Source: Balanoglossus misakiensis | Lineage: Eukaryota; Animalia; Hemichordata | Reading direction: 5' to 3' | Assembly: GCA_040954595.2 (NCBI GenBank) | Contig: CM082583.2 | Coordinates: 466,542 to 530,541 of the forward strand | DNA: 64,000 nucleotides | In this document: positions 41,201 to 54,600 of the stretch, piece after piece | Layout of the letters: every line of letters begins with the position of its first letter | Numbering within the stretch: the first letter of the stretch is position 1 | Notes under the pieces: generated by a model | What the model was told of the DNA's origin: nothing | Seen by the model: the letters and a program-made list of their open reading frames with translations, nothing else | The model's database searches: none | Position numbers and translations under genes: made by a program

Positions 41201-42538
41201 AGTGTGCAACTGTTTCTGCTCTAAAGTCTCAGGGTTTTAGCCGACTTATGCTGTAGGAAATCTGAGTTGATGAACGGGAATTCAATGTTAGAAAACCCGT
41301 GTGGAAAGTATCTCTACCTGTTTGAAACTAAGAAAAGAATTTATTCTTATTTATTTTGTAAAAAAACAATATTTCGAAAAAAAAGTCGAAAATGGTAATT
41401 TTGTCTTGGGTGATTCAAATTATACCGCCTTTTCTGGAATTTGCAGCACTTTTTAGAAGAGAACGACACTTCATGCTCCATAATATTTCCGAAAATGAAG
41501 AAAAGAGTTAATTTTTTATGATTTTTTAAAAATTTACCATTTTTGTCAAAATATGGCCAAAATGGCTATTTTTTCTTGAATTCCGTCAATATCCCTGCAT
41601 TTTTGGAGTGGTCGAAAGTTTTAACATACAATCAACATGTCATATATGATCAGGGCACCAAATTCGAAGATAAAAGGTTTTTTAATTTTTTTTTCTTCTA
41701 AAAATGACATTTTCAAGGAAAATTTGGTAAAACGCAATTTTGTCTGCAGTGAGCCAAATTAGACGGTCTTTTGTGGAATTTGTATCGATATATACATACG
41801 AAGAGCATTCTATACTCCATCAGATTTCCGAAAATGTAGAAAACAGGTTTTTTTTGTAATTTTCAAAAATTTACCATTTTGACCAAATTGTGGCTAAAAT
41901 TGTTATTTTCGTGTTGAATGCCGCCAGTGTCACTGCTTTTAAAAGTCATAAAAACTTTTAACATACAAGCAATTGTTTATATATGATCAGGTCACCGAAT
42001 TAAAAAAATAAAGAATATTTTGCCTAAAAATGACCTTTTTGGTGCAAAAACGAATAAAACGCAATTTTGCATTAAATCAGCTCATTCAGAGTGCATTTTT
42101 ATAATCAGCACCATTTTTACATATAATGGAAATGTCATACATCATCAGATATCCAAATATGAAAAGATGATTTACATTTTAGATGATTGTCCAAAATTAG
42201 CTGATATCTGATAAATGTAGTATTTAACCGTTCTGTTCCCCCCCCCCCTACATTATATGCGGTACGCTGATGTCAGCTTACCCGGCAGTACTGCAGGCCG
42301 TGCCCCAACTAACGTCGGTGTTTGAAACGCCCTGGTTAAATTCGGGCTTTCTCTATAAATTGACAGGCAATAATGCAGTCCTACCGGAACAAATGTCGAG
42401 TGTTGACCCGCTGTGACTTTCCCTGTTCGGTTTGCCCGACTTAGCCAACGTCTTTGTACTAGAGTGTCGGGTCTTTTGCAGAGCCAGGCCGAAGGAAATC
42501 CGACTTGATTACCGTTGATAACGAACGCTAGTGTCTGT
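35263..42538. repeat. Composite macrosatellite, right block
   Basis: Resumes exactly at the interrupted monomer (aaacccgacgtg). Poly-C markers at ~36730, 38293, 40343 and 42238. Confidence 0.97.
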
Positions 42539-42740
42539 TATGGAAAGCCGTTGGGGACCCCCGACAACTTCTCTCAATACATGGGTAAAGTCCATAGACA
42601 AATGATAGGAACGCATATGCTGAAAATATGACGCACATTGGGTGCCGACGCCGTAATCTAAAATGCCGGTAACAACCAAATTTTTGCCGACACCTTTACT
42701 CAATCTACCGGCGCCGACAAAATCACAACCGGTGATTTGA

Positions 42741-43112
42741 TGAGTTCTCGCATCGGCGTTTCTACAGAGTTGTCGCATCGGCGTTTCTACAGAGTTGTCG
42801 CATCGGCGTTTCTGGAGAGTTGTCGCATCGGCGTTTCAGCTAGAGAGTTGTCGCATCGGCGTTTCTGGAGAGTTTTGTCGCATCCGCGTTTCTGGAGAGT
42901 TTTGTCGCACCGGCATTTCTACACATGCGCATCGGCGTTTCAGCTAGAGTTTTCTCGCATCGGCGTTTCTGGAGAGTTTTGTCGCACCGGCATTCTACAC
43001 ATGCGCATTGGCGTTTCAGCTAAAGAGTTTTCCCGCATCGGCGTTTCTGGAGAGTTTTGTCGCACCGGCATTCTACACATGCGCATTGGCGTTTCAGCTA
43101 AAGAGTTGTCGG
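42741..43112. repeat. Subterminal minisatellite (~22-24-bp gagttgtcgcatcggcgtttct variants, with a ~70-bp higher-order unit)
   Basis: About 15 tandem copies of the (tc)gcatcggcgtttc core are directly visible. Confidence 0.9.
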
Positions 43113-43410
43113 CGATTTTGGACAGCGGCTTTTTCTTCTCGGTCTCCTCTTTAGTTAAGGTTTTGTAGTCAAAGAGTAAATCACAAGGCAAAATCTCGAG
43201 ATGCTGAACTGCTGCTAGGTCTCCCATGCATTTGTTAGAACACTGAGCTAAAAGTCTTTCAACGTTATAGGCTTAGATATTTTAAATAAATTATTGTTAT
43301 TAGCAAATTATAATTTTTACGTTTGTTATCATGTGGTCAACCGATGTTCGTACAGAGCATGCGCATAAGATCAACATGCTACTCCAAGGCAACTGTTGCT
43401 GATGAGAATT

Positions 43411-45553
43411 ATGGCTACTCTAGGTAAGTTTCATTATGAATTTTATGACGTTACTTTACATGTTCTTTCTAAACATTGAAAGAAGGAAAGGCATTGATCA
43501 GATTTGAAGCTTTACTGTGTCTTAAGATTTCAACTATAGCCTGGTATCCATACCTAGTGTGCGAGTCTATCTATAAAACACACTGGGTATGGAGACCAGG
43601 CTAGCAACTATTATGTTCTCAGTTTATTTCAGTTTCTTGTTCAGCATTTAAACATGATGAAATTCTCAGCTTTTAAAATTCAGCAATAATCAGATTAATT
43701 TTGTTAAAATTGTATTCCCATTTATTTCCCACTCAGTGTTAGATTGCTACAATGAATTATTATTATGTTGGTGAAGTCTGGCAAATTAACTGTTTACTGG
43801 CACTTAGCTATGCAAACTAGCATTAGAATGAATTGGGAAATAGCACAATAACTGGCCAATTCTTATGAAACAACAGCATTTACATGGATATATGAAACCA
43901 CTATTTAATGCTTAGATAAAAAACAGAATGGTTCCTTGATGGGGTTGGCTCTTCAAAGCTGTAGAATAGGGGTACATGTACACCTAAAACCTGAAACCAA
44001 AATACTGCATTTAATGCAAACAGATAGATAATTTCCTTTTATGTTAGATTGCCAATTTTACACAAGTCACTTGTGAATATTATTTTCTTACAGAGCAAAG
44101 GGAACTCATTAAGAAGTATTTCTCGTATGGTTATACACACAAATTAATTTATTATGTAATGGTAAAACAACATGGATTCCGTTTGAGGTAAACAGCATTA
44201 AAAACATAATAACTTTACTTTTGAGTGGTAAACTTACATTATTTTATTATCTGTTACTTGGAAATTGTGTAATGACCAGTCTCTTCCTTTTATGTTATCC
44301 CTTTAGTGTACAACTCACTCTCACTTTATTTTGACTCTGTAGGTTTTCATACTTCAAGCGCAAATTCCTCCATCACCTTGGACTCTATCGAAAAGGGAGA
44401 AGAGCACAGTCATCTTTTGATGACATTGTTTCTGCTGTGCTTGTATGTTAAGCTCTTTACCCTAACCTACATTTAATTAGTGACACCACTTCCCAAGTCT
44501 GACTTAATTGCACACATTCAGTATAACAAATTAAAATCAAATTCTGAACATCTTGCAGAAGAACTCCATTTTCCTGGTCACCCTTTTGTCATTTGGGCAG
44601 ATATGCGAGGGACATTGTTGCTAGGAAATTAATTCATTTATGTCAGTTGTTTGTGTTCTACCACTTGCATGGATTAGAAGCAATTTTAAAAGTATTCGAT
44701 TTATGTCACATTTTATTAACTAATTTTTTCAACTGTGAATGTCAGCTATTCTAATATTGAATGTGTTCATTCATTTGTTCACACATCTATCAATCTATCC
44801 AACCATCCTTTCCTTTATTCATTTACAGACAGAACTGAATACAGGGTCTGGCTGCATTGTTGGAGCCAATGAAATGCTAGCTATCCTGAGAACTAAGCAC
44901 CAATTGATGGTTAAAAGGTAAAAAAAAATTTTTTGTAATACTGGAATGATAAAAACAATAATGCAAACATAAGTGTTCATTGATATCATCAACAAGGGTC
45001 TTTTATTTGAAATGGCTGATTGATGTAAGGGAAATGCTATTTGAATAAGCTCCCTTGGCAAGAAAATAACAGGTGATGGACTTGTTTCCTAATTCTCCCT
45101 GCTAATCTAAAGTTGAAGTGCAAATGTCAAATCTATTTCACTCATTGAATAAAAACTTTGGCCCAGATTTATTACAAATCTCATTTCAATTAAATTGCAG
45201 ATTATTCTTATTTTATTAAAATATGTAATAAATAGATTTCTTTTTTTGTAGGGAGACTGTACGAAAACTTCTTAGGATCCTGGATCCAATAAACGTTCAA
45301 CGACGCCTGCATCGCCGGTTAATACGGCGTGAGTACAGATGTAAAGGACCAAATTATGTATGGCACATTGGTAAGCAAATTAACTGATTGTACAGTCTGA
45401 ACCTGTCTAAACCGGACCTTCTGAACATGGACACCTGTCTTTACCAAACAAATTTTTCAGTCCCTTTGACACAGAACCACAAGTTAAAATAAACTCTATG
45501 AACTAATTACCTTTGCAAACAAAACAGTTCTTCGGTCCCTTTGTTGTCCACTA

Positions 45554-45617
<64 letters not shown>

Positions 45618-48600
45618 GTCTTGAAATTGCAGAAAGTACTCTAATTTGAAACAGGGTTAAAGACCATACAACACACCCAGCAGTGAGGGCGCTTTAGTGC
45701 ATGTACACAATTAATAATTGATGCAGGACGGCTTGCCAATTAAATGTCTATTTTACAGAAAATATAAGGTACTTTCTCCATTTCCATTACAGATCTAGAA
45801 TAGGCAAATTTGCAATTACACTCACTCGCATGAATGAATGCTGGCATCTGTGGTGGGCGGCGTGGAACTTTACTTGGTGGCGTGCCGGGAAAGAAGGTGC
45901 TCTCCTCAGCTCAACTGCCACCAATAAACTGGCCCACAGCAGATGAGTTCATTTCAACAGGTGCCAAGCTCTTCGGCTAGAATAGATAAAATATATTGAT
46001 GCCGCAATGAATGAATGAAAACAGTATGAATGACCAGTCAATGGAGCTCTCCAATGGCACGTAAGATTCTAGAATAGGCAAATTTGCAATTACACTCACT
46101 CGCATGAATGAATGCTGGCATCTGTGGTGGGCGGCGTGGAACTTTACTTGGTGGCGTGCCGGGAAGGAAGGTGCTCTCCTCAGCTCAACTGCCACCAATA
46201 AACTGGCCCACAGCAGATGAGTTCATTTCAACAGGTGCCAAGCTCTTTGGCTAGAATAGATAAAATATATTGATGCCGCAATGAATGAATGAAAACAGTA
46301 TGAATGACCAGTCAATGGAGCTCTCCAATGGCACGTAAGATCTGTCTTGAAATTGCAGAAAGTACTCTAATTTGAAACAGGGTTAAAGACCATACAACAC
46401 ACCCAGCAGTGAGGGCGCTTTAGTGCATGTACACAATTAATAATTGATGCAGGACGGCTTGCCAATTAAATGTCTATTTTACAGAAAATATAAGGTACTT
46501 TCTCCATTTCCATTACAGATCTAGAATAGGCAAATTTGCAATTACACTCACTCGCATGAATGAATGCTGGCATCTGTGGTGGGCGGCGTGGAACTTTACT
46601 TGGTGGCGTGCCGGGAAAGAAGGTGCTCTCCTCAGCTCAACTGCCACCAATAAACTGGCCCACAGCAGATGAGTTCATTTCAACAGGTGCCAAGCTCTTC
46701 GGCTAGAATAGATAAAATATATTGATGCCGCAATGAATGAATGAAAACAGTATGAATGACCAGTCAATGGAGCTCTCCAATGGCACGTAAGATTCTAGAA
46801 TAGGCAAATTTGCAATTACACTCACTCGCATGAATGAATGCTGGCATCTGTGGTGGGCGGCGTGGAACTTTACTTGGTGGCGTGCCGGGAAAGAAGGTGC
46901 TCTCCTCAGCTCAACTGCCACCAATAAACTGGCCCACAGCAGATGAGTTCATTTCAACAGGTGCCAAGCTCTTTGGCTAGAATAGATAAAATATATTGAT
47001 GCCGCAATGAATGAATGAAAACAGTATGAATGACCAGTCAATGGAGCTCTCCAATGGCACGTAAGATCTGTCTTGAAATTGCAGAAAGTACTCTAATTTG
47101 AAACAGGGTTAAAGACCATACAACACACCCAGCAGTGAGGGCGCTTTAGTGCATGTACACAATTAATAATTGATGCAGGACGGCTTGCCAATTAAATGTC
47201 TATTTTACAGAAAATATAAGGTACTTTCTCCATTTCCATTACAGATCTAGAATAGGCAAATTTGCAATTACACTCACTCGCATGAATGAATGCTGGCATC
47301 TGTGGTGGGCGGCGTGGAACTTTACTTGGTGGCGTGCCGGGAAAGAAGGTGCTCTCCTCAGCTCAACTGCCACCAATAAACTGGCCCACAGCAGATGAGT
47401 TCATTTCAACAGGTGCCAAGCTCTTCGGCTAGAATAGATAAAATATATTGATGCCGCAATGAATGAATGAAAACAGTATGAATGACCAGTCAATGGAGCT
47501 CTCCAATGGCACGTAAGATTCTAGAATAGGCAAATTTGCAATTACACTCACTCGCATGAATGAATGCTGGCATCTGTGGTGGGCGGCGTGGAACTTTACT
47601 TGGTGGCGTGCCGGGAAAGAAGGTGTTCTCCTCAGCTCAACTGCCACCAATAAACTGGCCCACAGCAGATGAGTTCATTTCAACAGGTGCCAAGCTCTTT
47701 GGCTAGAATAGATAAAATATATTGATGCCGCAATGAATGAATGAAAACAGTATGAATGACCAGTCAATGGAGCTCTCCAATGGCACGTAAGATCTGTCTT
47801 GAAATTGCAGAAAGTACTCTAATTTGAAACAGGGTTAAAGACCATACAACACACCCAGCAGTGAGGGCGCTTTAGTGCATGTACACAATTAATAATTGAT
47901 GCAGGACGGCTTGCCAATTAAATGTCTATTTTACAGAAAATATAAGGTACTTTCTCCATTTCCATTACAGATCTAGAATAGGCAAATTTGCAATTACACT
48001 CACTCGCATGAATGAATGCTGGCATCTGTGGTGGGCGGCGTGGAACTTTACTTGGTGGCGTGCCGGGAAGGAAGGTGCTCTCCTCAGCTCAACTGCCACC
48101 AATAAACTGGCCCACAGCAGATGAGTTCATTTCAACAGGTGCCAAGCTCTTCGGCTAGAATAGATAAAATATATTGATGCCGCAATGAATGAATGAAAAC
48201 AGTATGAATGACCAGTCAATGGAGCTCTCCAATGGCACGTAAGATTCTAGAATAGGCAAATTTGCAATTACACTCACTCGCATGAATGAATGCTGGCATC
48301 TGTGGTGGGCGGCGTGGAACTTTACTTGGTGGCGTGCCGGGAAGGAAGGTGCTCTCCTCAGCTCAACTGCCACCAATAAACTGGCCCACAGCAGATGAGT
48401 TCATTTCAACAGGTGCCAAGCTCTTTGGCTAGAATAGATAAAATATATTGATGCCGCAATGAATGAATGAAAACAGTATGAATGACCAGTCAATGGAGCT
48501 CTCCAATGGCACGTAAGATCTGTCTTGAAATTGCAGAAAGTACTCTAATTTGAAACAGGGTTAAAGACCATACAACACACCCAGCAGTGAGGGCGCTTTA

Positions 48601-51600
48601 GTGCATGTACACAATTAATAATTGATGCAGGACGGCTTGCCAATTAAATGTCTATTTTACAGAAAATATAAGGTACTTTCTCCATTTCCATTACAGATCT
48701 AGAATAGGCAAATTTGCAATTACACTCACTCGCATGAATGAATGCTGGCATCTGTGGTGGGCGGCGTGGAACTTTACTTGGTGGCGTGCCGGGAAGGAAG
48801 GTGCTCTCCTCAGCTCAACTGCCACCAATAAACTGGCCCACAGCAGATGAGTTCATTTCAACAGGTGCCAAGCTCTTCGGCTAGAATAGATAAAATATAT
48901 TGATGCCGCAATGAATGAATGAAAACAGTATGAATGACCAGTCAATGGAGCTCTCCAATGGCACGTAAGATTCTAGAATAGGCAAATTTGCAATTACACT
49001 CACTCGCATGAATGAATGCTGGCATCTGTGGTGGGCGGCGTGGAACTTTACTTGGTGGCGTGCCGGGAAGGAAGGTGCTCTCCTCAGCTCAACTGCCACC
49101 AATAAACTGGCCCACAGCAGATGAGTTCATTTCAACAGGTGCCAAGCTCTTTGGCTAGAATAGATAAAATATATTGATGCCGCAATGAATGAATGAAAAC
49201 AGTATGAATGACCAGTCAATGGAGCTCTCCAATGGCACGTAAGATCTGTCTTGAAATTGCAGAAAGTACTCTAATTTGAAACAGGGTTAAAGACCATACA
49301 ACACACCCAGCAGTGAGGGCGCTTTAGTGCATGTACACAATTAATAATTGATGCAGGACGGCTTGCCAATTAAATGTCTATTTTACAGAAAATATAAGGT
49401 ACTTTCTCCATTTCCATTACAGATCTAGAATAGGCAAATTTGCAATTACACTCACTCGCATGAATGAATGCTGGCATCTGTGGTGGGCGGCGTGGAACTT
49501 TACTTGGTGGCGTGCCGGGAAAGAAGGTGCTCTCCTCAGCTCAACTGCCACCAATAAACTGGCCCACAGCAGATGAGTTCATTTCAACAGGTGCCAAGCT
49601 CTTCGGCTAGAATAGATAAAATATATTGATGCCGCAATGAATGAATGAAAACAGTATGAATGACCAGTCAATGGAGCTCTCCAATGGCACGTAAGATTCT
49701 AGAATAGGCAAATTTGCAATTACACTCACTCGCATGAATGAATGCTGGCATCTGTGGTGGGCGGCGTGGAACTTTACTTGGTGGCGTGCCGGGAAAGAAG
49801 GTGCTCTCCTCAGCTCAACTGCCACCAATAAACTGGCCCACAGCAGATGAGTTCATTTCAACAGGTGCCAAGCTCTTTGGCTAGAATAGATAAAATATAT
49901 TGATGCCGCAATGAATGAATGAAAACAGTATGAATGACCAGTCAATGGAGCTCTCCAATGGCACGTAAGATCTGTCTTGAAATTGCAGAAAGTACTCTAA
50001 TTTGAAACAGGGTTAAAGACCATACAACACACCCAGCAGTGAGGGCGCTTTAGTGCATGTACACAATTAATAATTGATGCAGGACGGCTTGCCAATTAAA
50101 TGTCTATTTTACAGAAAATATAAGGTACTTTCTCCATTTCCATTACAGATCTAGAATAGGCAAATTTGCAATTACACTCACTCGCATGAATGAATGCTGG
50201 CATCTGTGGTGGGCGGCGTGGAACTTTACTTGGTGGCGTGCCGGGAAGGAAGGTGCTCTCCTCAGCTCAACTGCCACCAATAAACTGGCCCACAGCAGAT
50301 GAGTTCATTTCAACAGGTGCCAAGCTCTTCGGCTAGAATAGATAAAATATATTGATGCCGCAATGAATGAATGAAAACAGTATGAATGACCAGTCAATGG
50401 AGCTCTCCAATGGCACGTAAGATTCTAGAATAGGCAAATTTGCAATTACACTCACTCGCATGAATGAATGCTGGCATCTGTGGTGGGCGGCGTGGAACTT
50501 TACTTGGTGGCGTGCCGGGAAGGAAGGTGCTCTCCTCAGCTCAACTGCCACCAATAAACTGGCCCACAGCAGATGAGTTCATTTCAACAGGTGCCAAGCT
50601 CTTTGGCTAGAATAGATAAAATATATTGATGCCGCAATGAATGAATGAAAACAGTATGAATGACCAGTCAATGGAGCTCTCCAATGGCACGTAAGATTCT
50701 AGAATAGGCAAATTTGCAATTACACTCACTCGCATGAATGAATGCTGGCATCTGTGGTGGGCGGCGTGGAACTTTACTTGGTGGCGTGCCGGGAAAGAAG
50801 GTGCTCTCCTCAGCTCAACTGCCACCAATAAACTGGCCCACAGCAGATGAGTTCATTTCAACAGGTGCCAAGCTCTTTGGCTAGAATAGATAAAATATAT
50901 TGATGCCGCAATGAATGAATGAAAACAGTATGAATGACCAGTCAATGGAGCTCTCCAATGGCACGTAAGATCTGTCTTGAAATTGCAGAAAGTATTCTAA
51001 TTTGAAACAGGGTTAAAGACCATACAACACACCCAGCAGTGAGGGCGCTTTAGTGCATGTACACAATTAATAATTGATGCAGGACGGCTTGCCAATTAAA
51101 TGTCTATTTTACAGAAAATATAAGGTACTTTCTCCATTTCCATTACAGATCTAGAATAGGCAAATTTGCAATTACACTCACTCGCATGAATGAATGCTGG
51201 CATCTGTGGTGGGCGGCGTGGAACTTTACTTGGTGGCGTGCCGGGAAGGAAGGTGCTCTCCTCAGCTCAACTGCCACCAATAAACTGGCCCACAGCAGAT
51301 GAGTTCATTTCAACAGGTGCCAAGCTCTTCGGCTAGAATAGATAAAATATATTGATGCCGCAATGAATGAATGAAAACAGTATGAATGACCAGTCAATGG
51401 AGCTCTCCAATGGCACGTAAGATTCTAGAATAGGCAAATTTGCAATTACACTCACTCGCATGAATGAATGCTGGCATCTGTGGTGGGCGGCGTGGAACTT
51501 TACTTGGTGGCGTGCCGGGAAGGAAGGTGCTCTCCTCAGCTCAACTGCCACCAATAAACTGGCCCACAGCAGATGAGTTCATTTCAACAGGTGCCAAGCT

Positions 51601-54600
51601 CTTTGGCTAGAATAGATAAAATATATTGATGCCGCAATGAATGAATGAAAACAGTATGAATGACCAGTCAATGGAGCTCTCCAATGGCACGTAAGATTCT
51701 AGAATAGGCAAATTTGCAATTACACTCACTCGCATGAATGAATGCTGGCATCTGTGGTGGGCGGCGTGGAACTTTACTTGGTGGCGTGCCGGGAAGGAAG
51801 GTGCTCTCCTCAGCTCAACTGCCACCAATAAACTGGCCCACAGCAGATGAGTTCATTTCAACAGGTGCCAAGCTCTTTGGCTAGAATAGATAAAATATAT
51901 TGATGCCGCAATGAATGAATGAAAACAGTATGAATGACCAGTCAATGGAGCTCTCCAATGGCACGTAAGATCTGTCTTGAAATTGCAGAAAGTACTCTAA
52001 TTTGAAACAGGGTTAAAGACCATACAACACACCCAGCAGTGAGGGCGCTTTAGTGCATGTACACAATTAATAATTGATGCAGGACGGCTTGCCAATTAAA
52101 TGTCTATTTTACAGAAAATATAAGGTACTTTCTCCATTTCCATTACAGATCTAGAATAGGCAAATTTGCAATTACACTCACTCGCATGAATGAATGCTGG
52201 CATCTGTGGTGGGCGGCGTGGAACTTTACTTGGTGGCGTGCCGGGAAAGAAGGTGCTCTCCTCAGCTCAACTGCCACCAATAAACTGGCCCACAGCAGAT
52301 GAGTTCATTTCAACAGGTGCCAAGCTCTTCGGCTAGAATAGATAAAATATATTGATGCCGCAATGAATGAATGAAAACAGTATGAATGACCAGTCAATGG
52401 AGCTCTCCAATGGCACGTAAGATTCTAGAATAGGCAAATTTGCAATTACACTCACTCGCATGAATGAATGCTGGCATCTGTGGTGGGCGGCGTGGAACTT
52501 TACTTGGTGGCGTGCCGGGAAAGAAGGTGCTCTCCTCAGCTCAACTGCCACCAATAAACTGGCCCACAGCAGATGAGTTCATTTCAACAGGTGCCAAGCT
52601 CTTTGGCTAGAATAGATAAAATATATTGATGCCGCAATGAATGAATGAAAACAGTATGAATGACCAGTCAATGGAGCTCTCCAATGGCACGTAAGATCTG
52701 TCTTGAAATTGCAGAAAGTACTCTAATTTGAAACAGGGTTAAAGACCATACAACACACCCAGCAGTGAGGGCGCTTTAGTGCATGTACACAATTAATAAT
52801 TGATGCAGGACGGCTTGCCAATTAAATGTCTATTTTACAGAAAATATAAGGTACTTTCTCCATTTCCATTACAGATCTAGAATAGGCAAATTTGCAATTA
52901 CACTCACTCGCATGAATGAATGCTGGCATCTGTGGTGGGCGGCGTGGAACTTTACTTGGTGGCGTGCCGGGAAGGAAGGTGCTCTCCTCAGCTCAACTGC
53001 CACCAATAAACTGGCCCACAGCAGATGAGTTCATTTCAACAGGTGCCAAGCTCTTCGGCTAGAATAGATAAAATATATTGATGCCGCAATGAATGAATGA
53101 AAACAGTATGAATGACCAGTCAATGGAGCTCTCCAATGGCACGTAAGATTCTAGAATAGGCAAATTTGCAATTACACTCACTCGCATGAATGAATGCTGG
53201 CATCTGTGGTGGGCGGCGTGGAACTTTACTTGGTGGCGTGCCGGGAAAGAAGGTGCTCTCCTCAGCTCAACTGCCACCAATAAACTGGCCCACAGCAGAT
53301 GAGTTCATTTCAACAGGTGCCAAGCTCTTTGGCTAGAATAGATAAAATATATTGATGCCGCAATGAATGAATGAAAACAGTATGAATGACCAGTCAATGG
53401 AGCTCTCCAATGGCACGTAAGATCTGTCTTGAAATTGCAGAAAGTACTCTAATTTGAAACAGGGTTAAAGACCATACAACACACCCAGCAGTGAGGGCGC
53501 TTTAGTGCATGTACACAATTAATAATTGATGCAGGACGGCTTGCCAATTAAATGTCTATTTTACAGAAAATATAAGGTACTTTCTCCATTTCCATTACAG
53601 ATCTAGAATAGGCAAATTTGCAATTACACTCACTCGCATGAATGAATGCTGGCATCTGTGGTGGGCGGCGTGGAACTTTACTTGGTGGCGTGCCGGGAAG
53701 GAAGGTGCTCTCCTCAGCTCAACTGCCACCAATAAACTGGCCCACAGCAGATGAGTTCATTTCAACAGGTGCCAAGCTCTTCGGCTAGAATAGATAAAAT
53801 ATATTGATGCCGCAATGAATGAATGAAAACAGTATGAATGACCAGTCAATGGAGCTCTCCAATGGCACGTAAGATCTGTCTTGAAATTGCAGAAAGTACT
53901 CTAATTTGAAACAGGGTTAAAGACCATACAACACACCCAGCAGTGAGGGCGCTTTAGTGCATGTACACAATTAATAATTGATGCAGGACGGCTTGCCAAT
54001 TAAATGTCTATTTTACAGAAAATATAAGGTACTTTCTCCATTTCCATTACAGATATATATATATAGTAGAGTGTGTGTTTTGACATAGGCGGTGTATTAC
54101 TGTTCAGTTTCGTGTAAGCGGGGCCTACACTCGTCAGATACTGATGCCTGAATGATGGTGAAGGGTGTGGACAACAGGGAATTGGGTAGGGTGGATATGC
54201 AAATGGGCCTACATTTGAATGGGAGTGTGTATTGATTGGGGCTGTGTGGAGGGGTGCTGATTGGCCAGATTCTTCAGGAGGAATTTGCTGGAGTGGCGGC
54301 ATGTGCTGACGAGTTCGTTACGTTTGTTGAGTGTGGCTAGTTTTGGTTTGCATATGATGAAATATTTTTCCCAAAGACATAGGTTGCATCTGTTGCTGGT
54401 GGGGGTATAGGGGCTAGCTTGTTTTCTTGTTTTCCATGTGATTTTGTGTTCTATGTGCTCGTCCTTTAGTTTCCAAATGTATTTACTGAGTTCTGTACTG
54501 TTCTTTTTGGCGGCGTTCCTGAATGAGTCCTTGTGGTTGTTGAAGCGGGTCTTGAAGGTGTTGGCAGTTAGTCCGACGTAGGTTTGGTCTGGCTTGCTAT

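Noticed and set aside
1099-42211. Short 60-94 aa ORFs recurring in satellite units
   Set aside because: They appear and vanish with homopolymer length and have no recognisable domains, so they are by-products of the repeat.
42737-43227. 143-aa and 95-aa repetitive ORFs
   Set aside because: They are translations of the subterminal minisatellite.
45390-45550. Possible Tc1/pogo-type MITE starting TA-CAGT
   Set aside because: Only a left-end-like sequence is visible and I found no matching right TIR.
45615-45793. Cassette A as a canonical LTR (TGT...ACA inside its ends)
   Set aside because: No TGG-starting primer-binding site or polypurine tract next to A on either strand. Its TIRs fit a MITE better. 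Kept only as an alternative model.
45795-46065. Cassette B as a Helitron (minus strand TC...CTAG) or a hammerhead-bearing retrozyme
   Set aside because: CTAG is followed by A rather than T, and only a weak AT-rich palindrome precedes it. cagatgag is not a CUGANGA core with a paired stem and GAAA. Not fully excluded.
45977-53280. Twelve copies of a 73-aa minus-strand ORF as a tandem gene family
   Set aside because: Non-ATG start, spans the B-B junction, no domain features; it only tracks the repeat.
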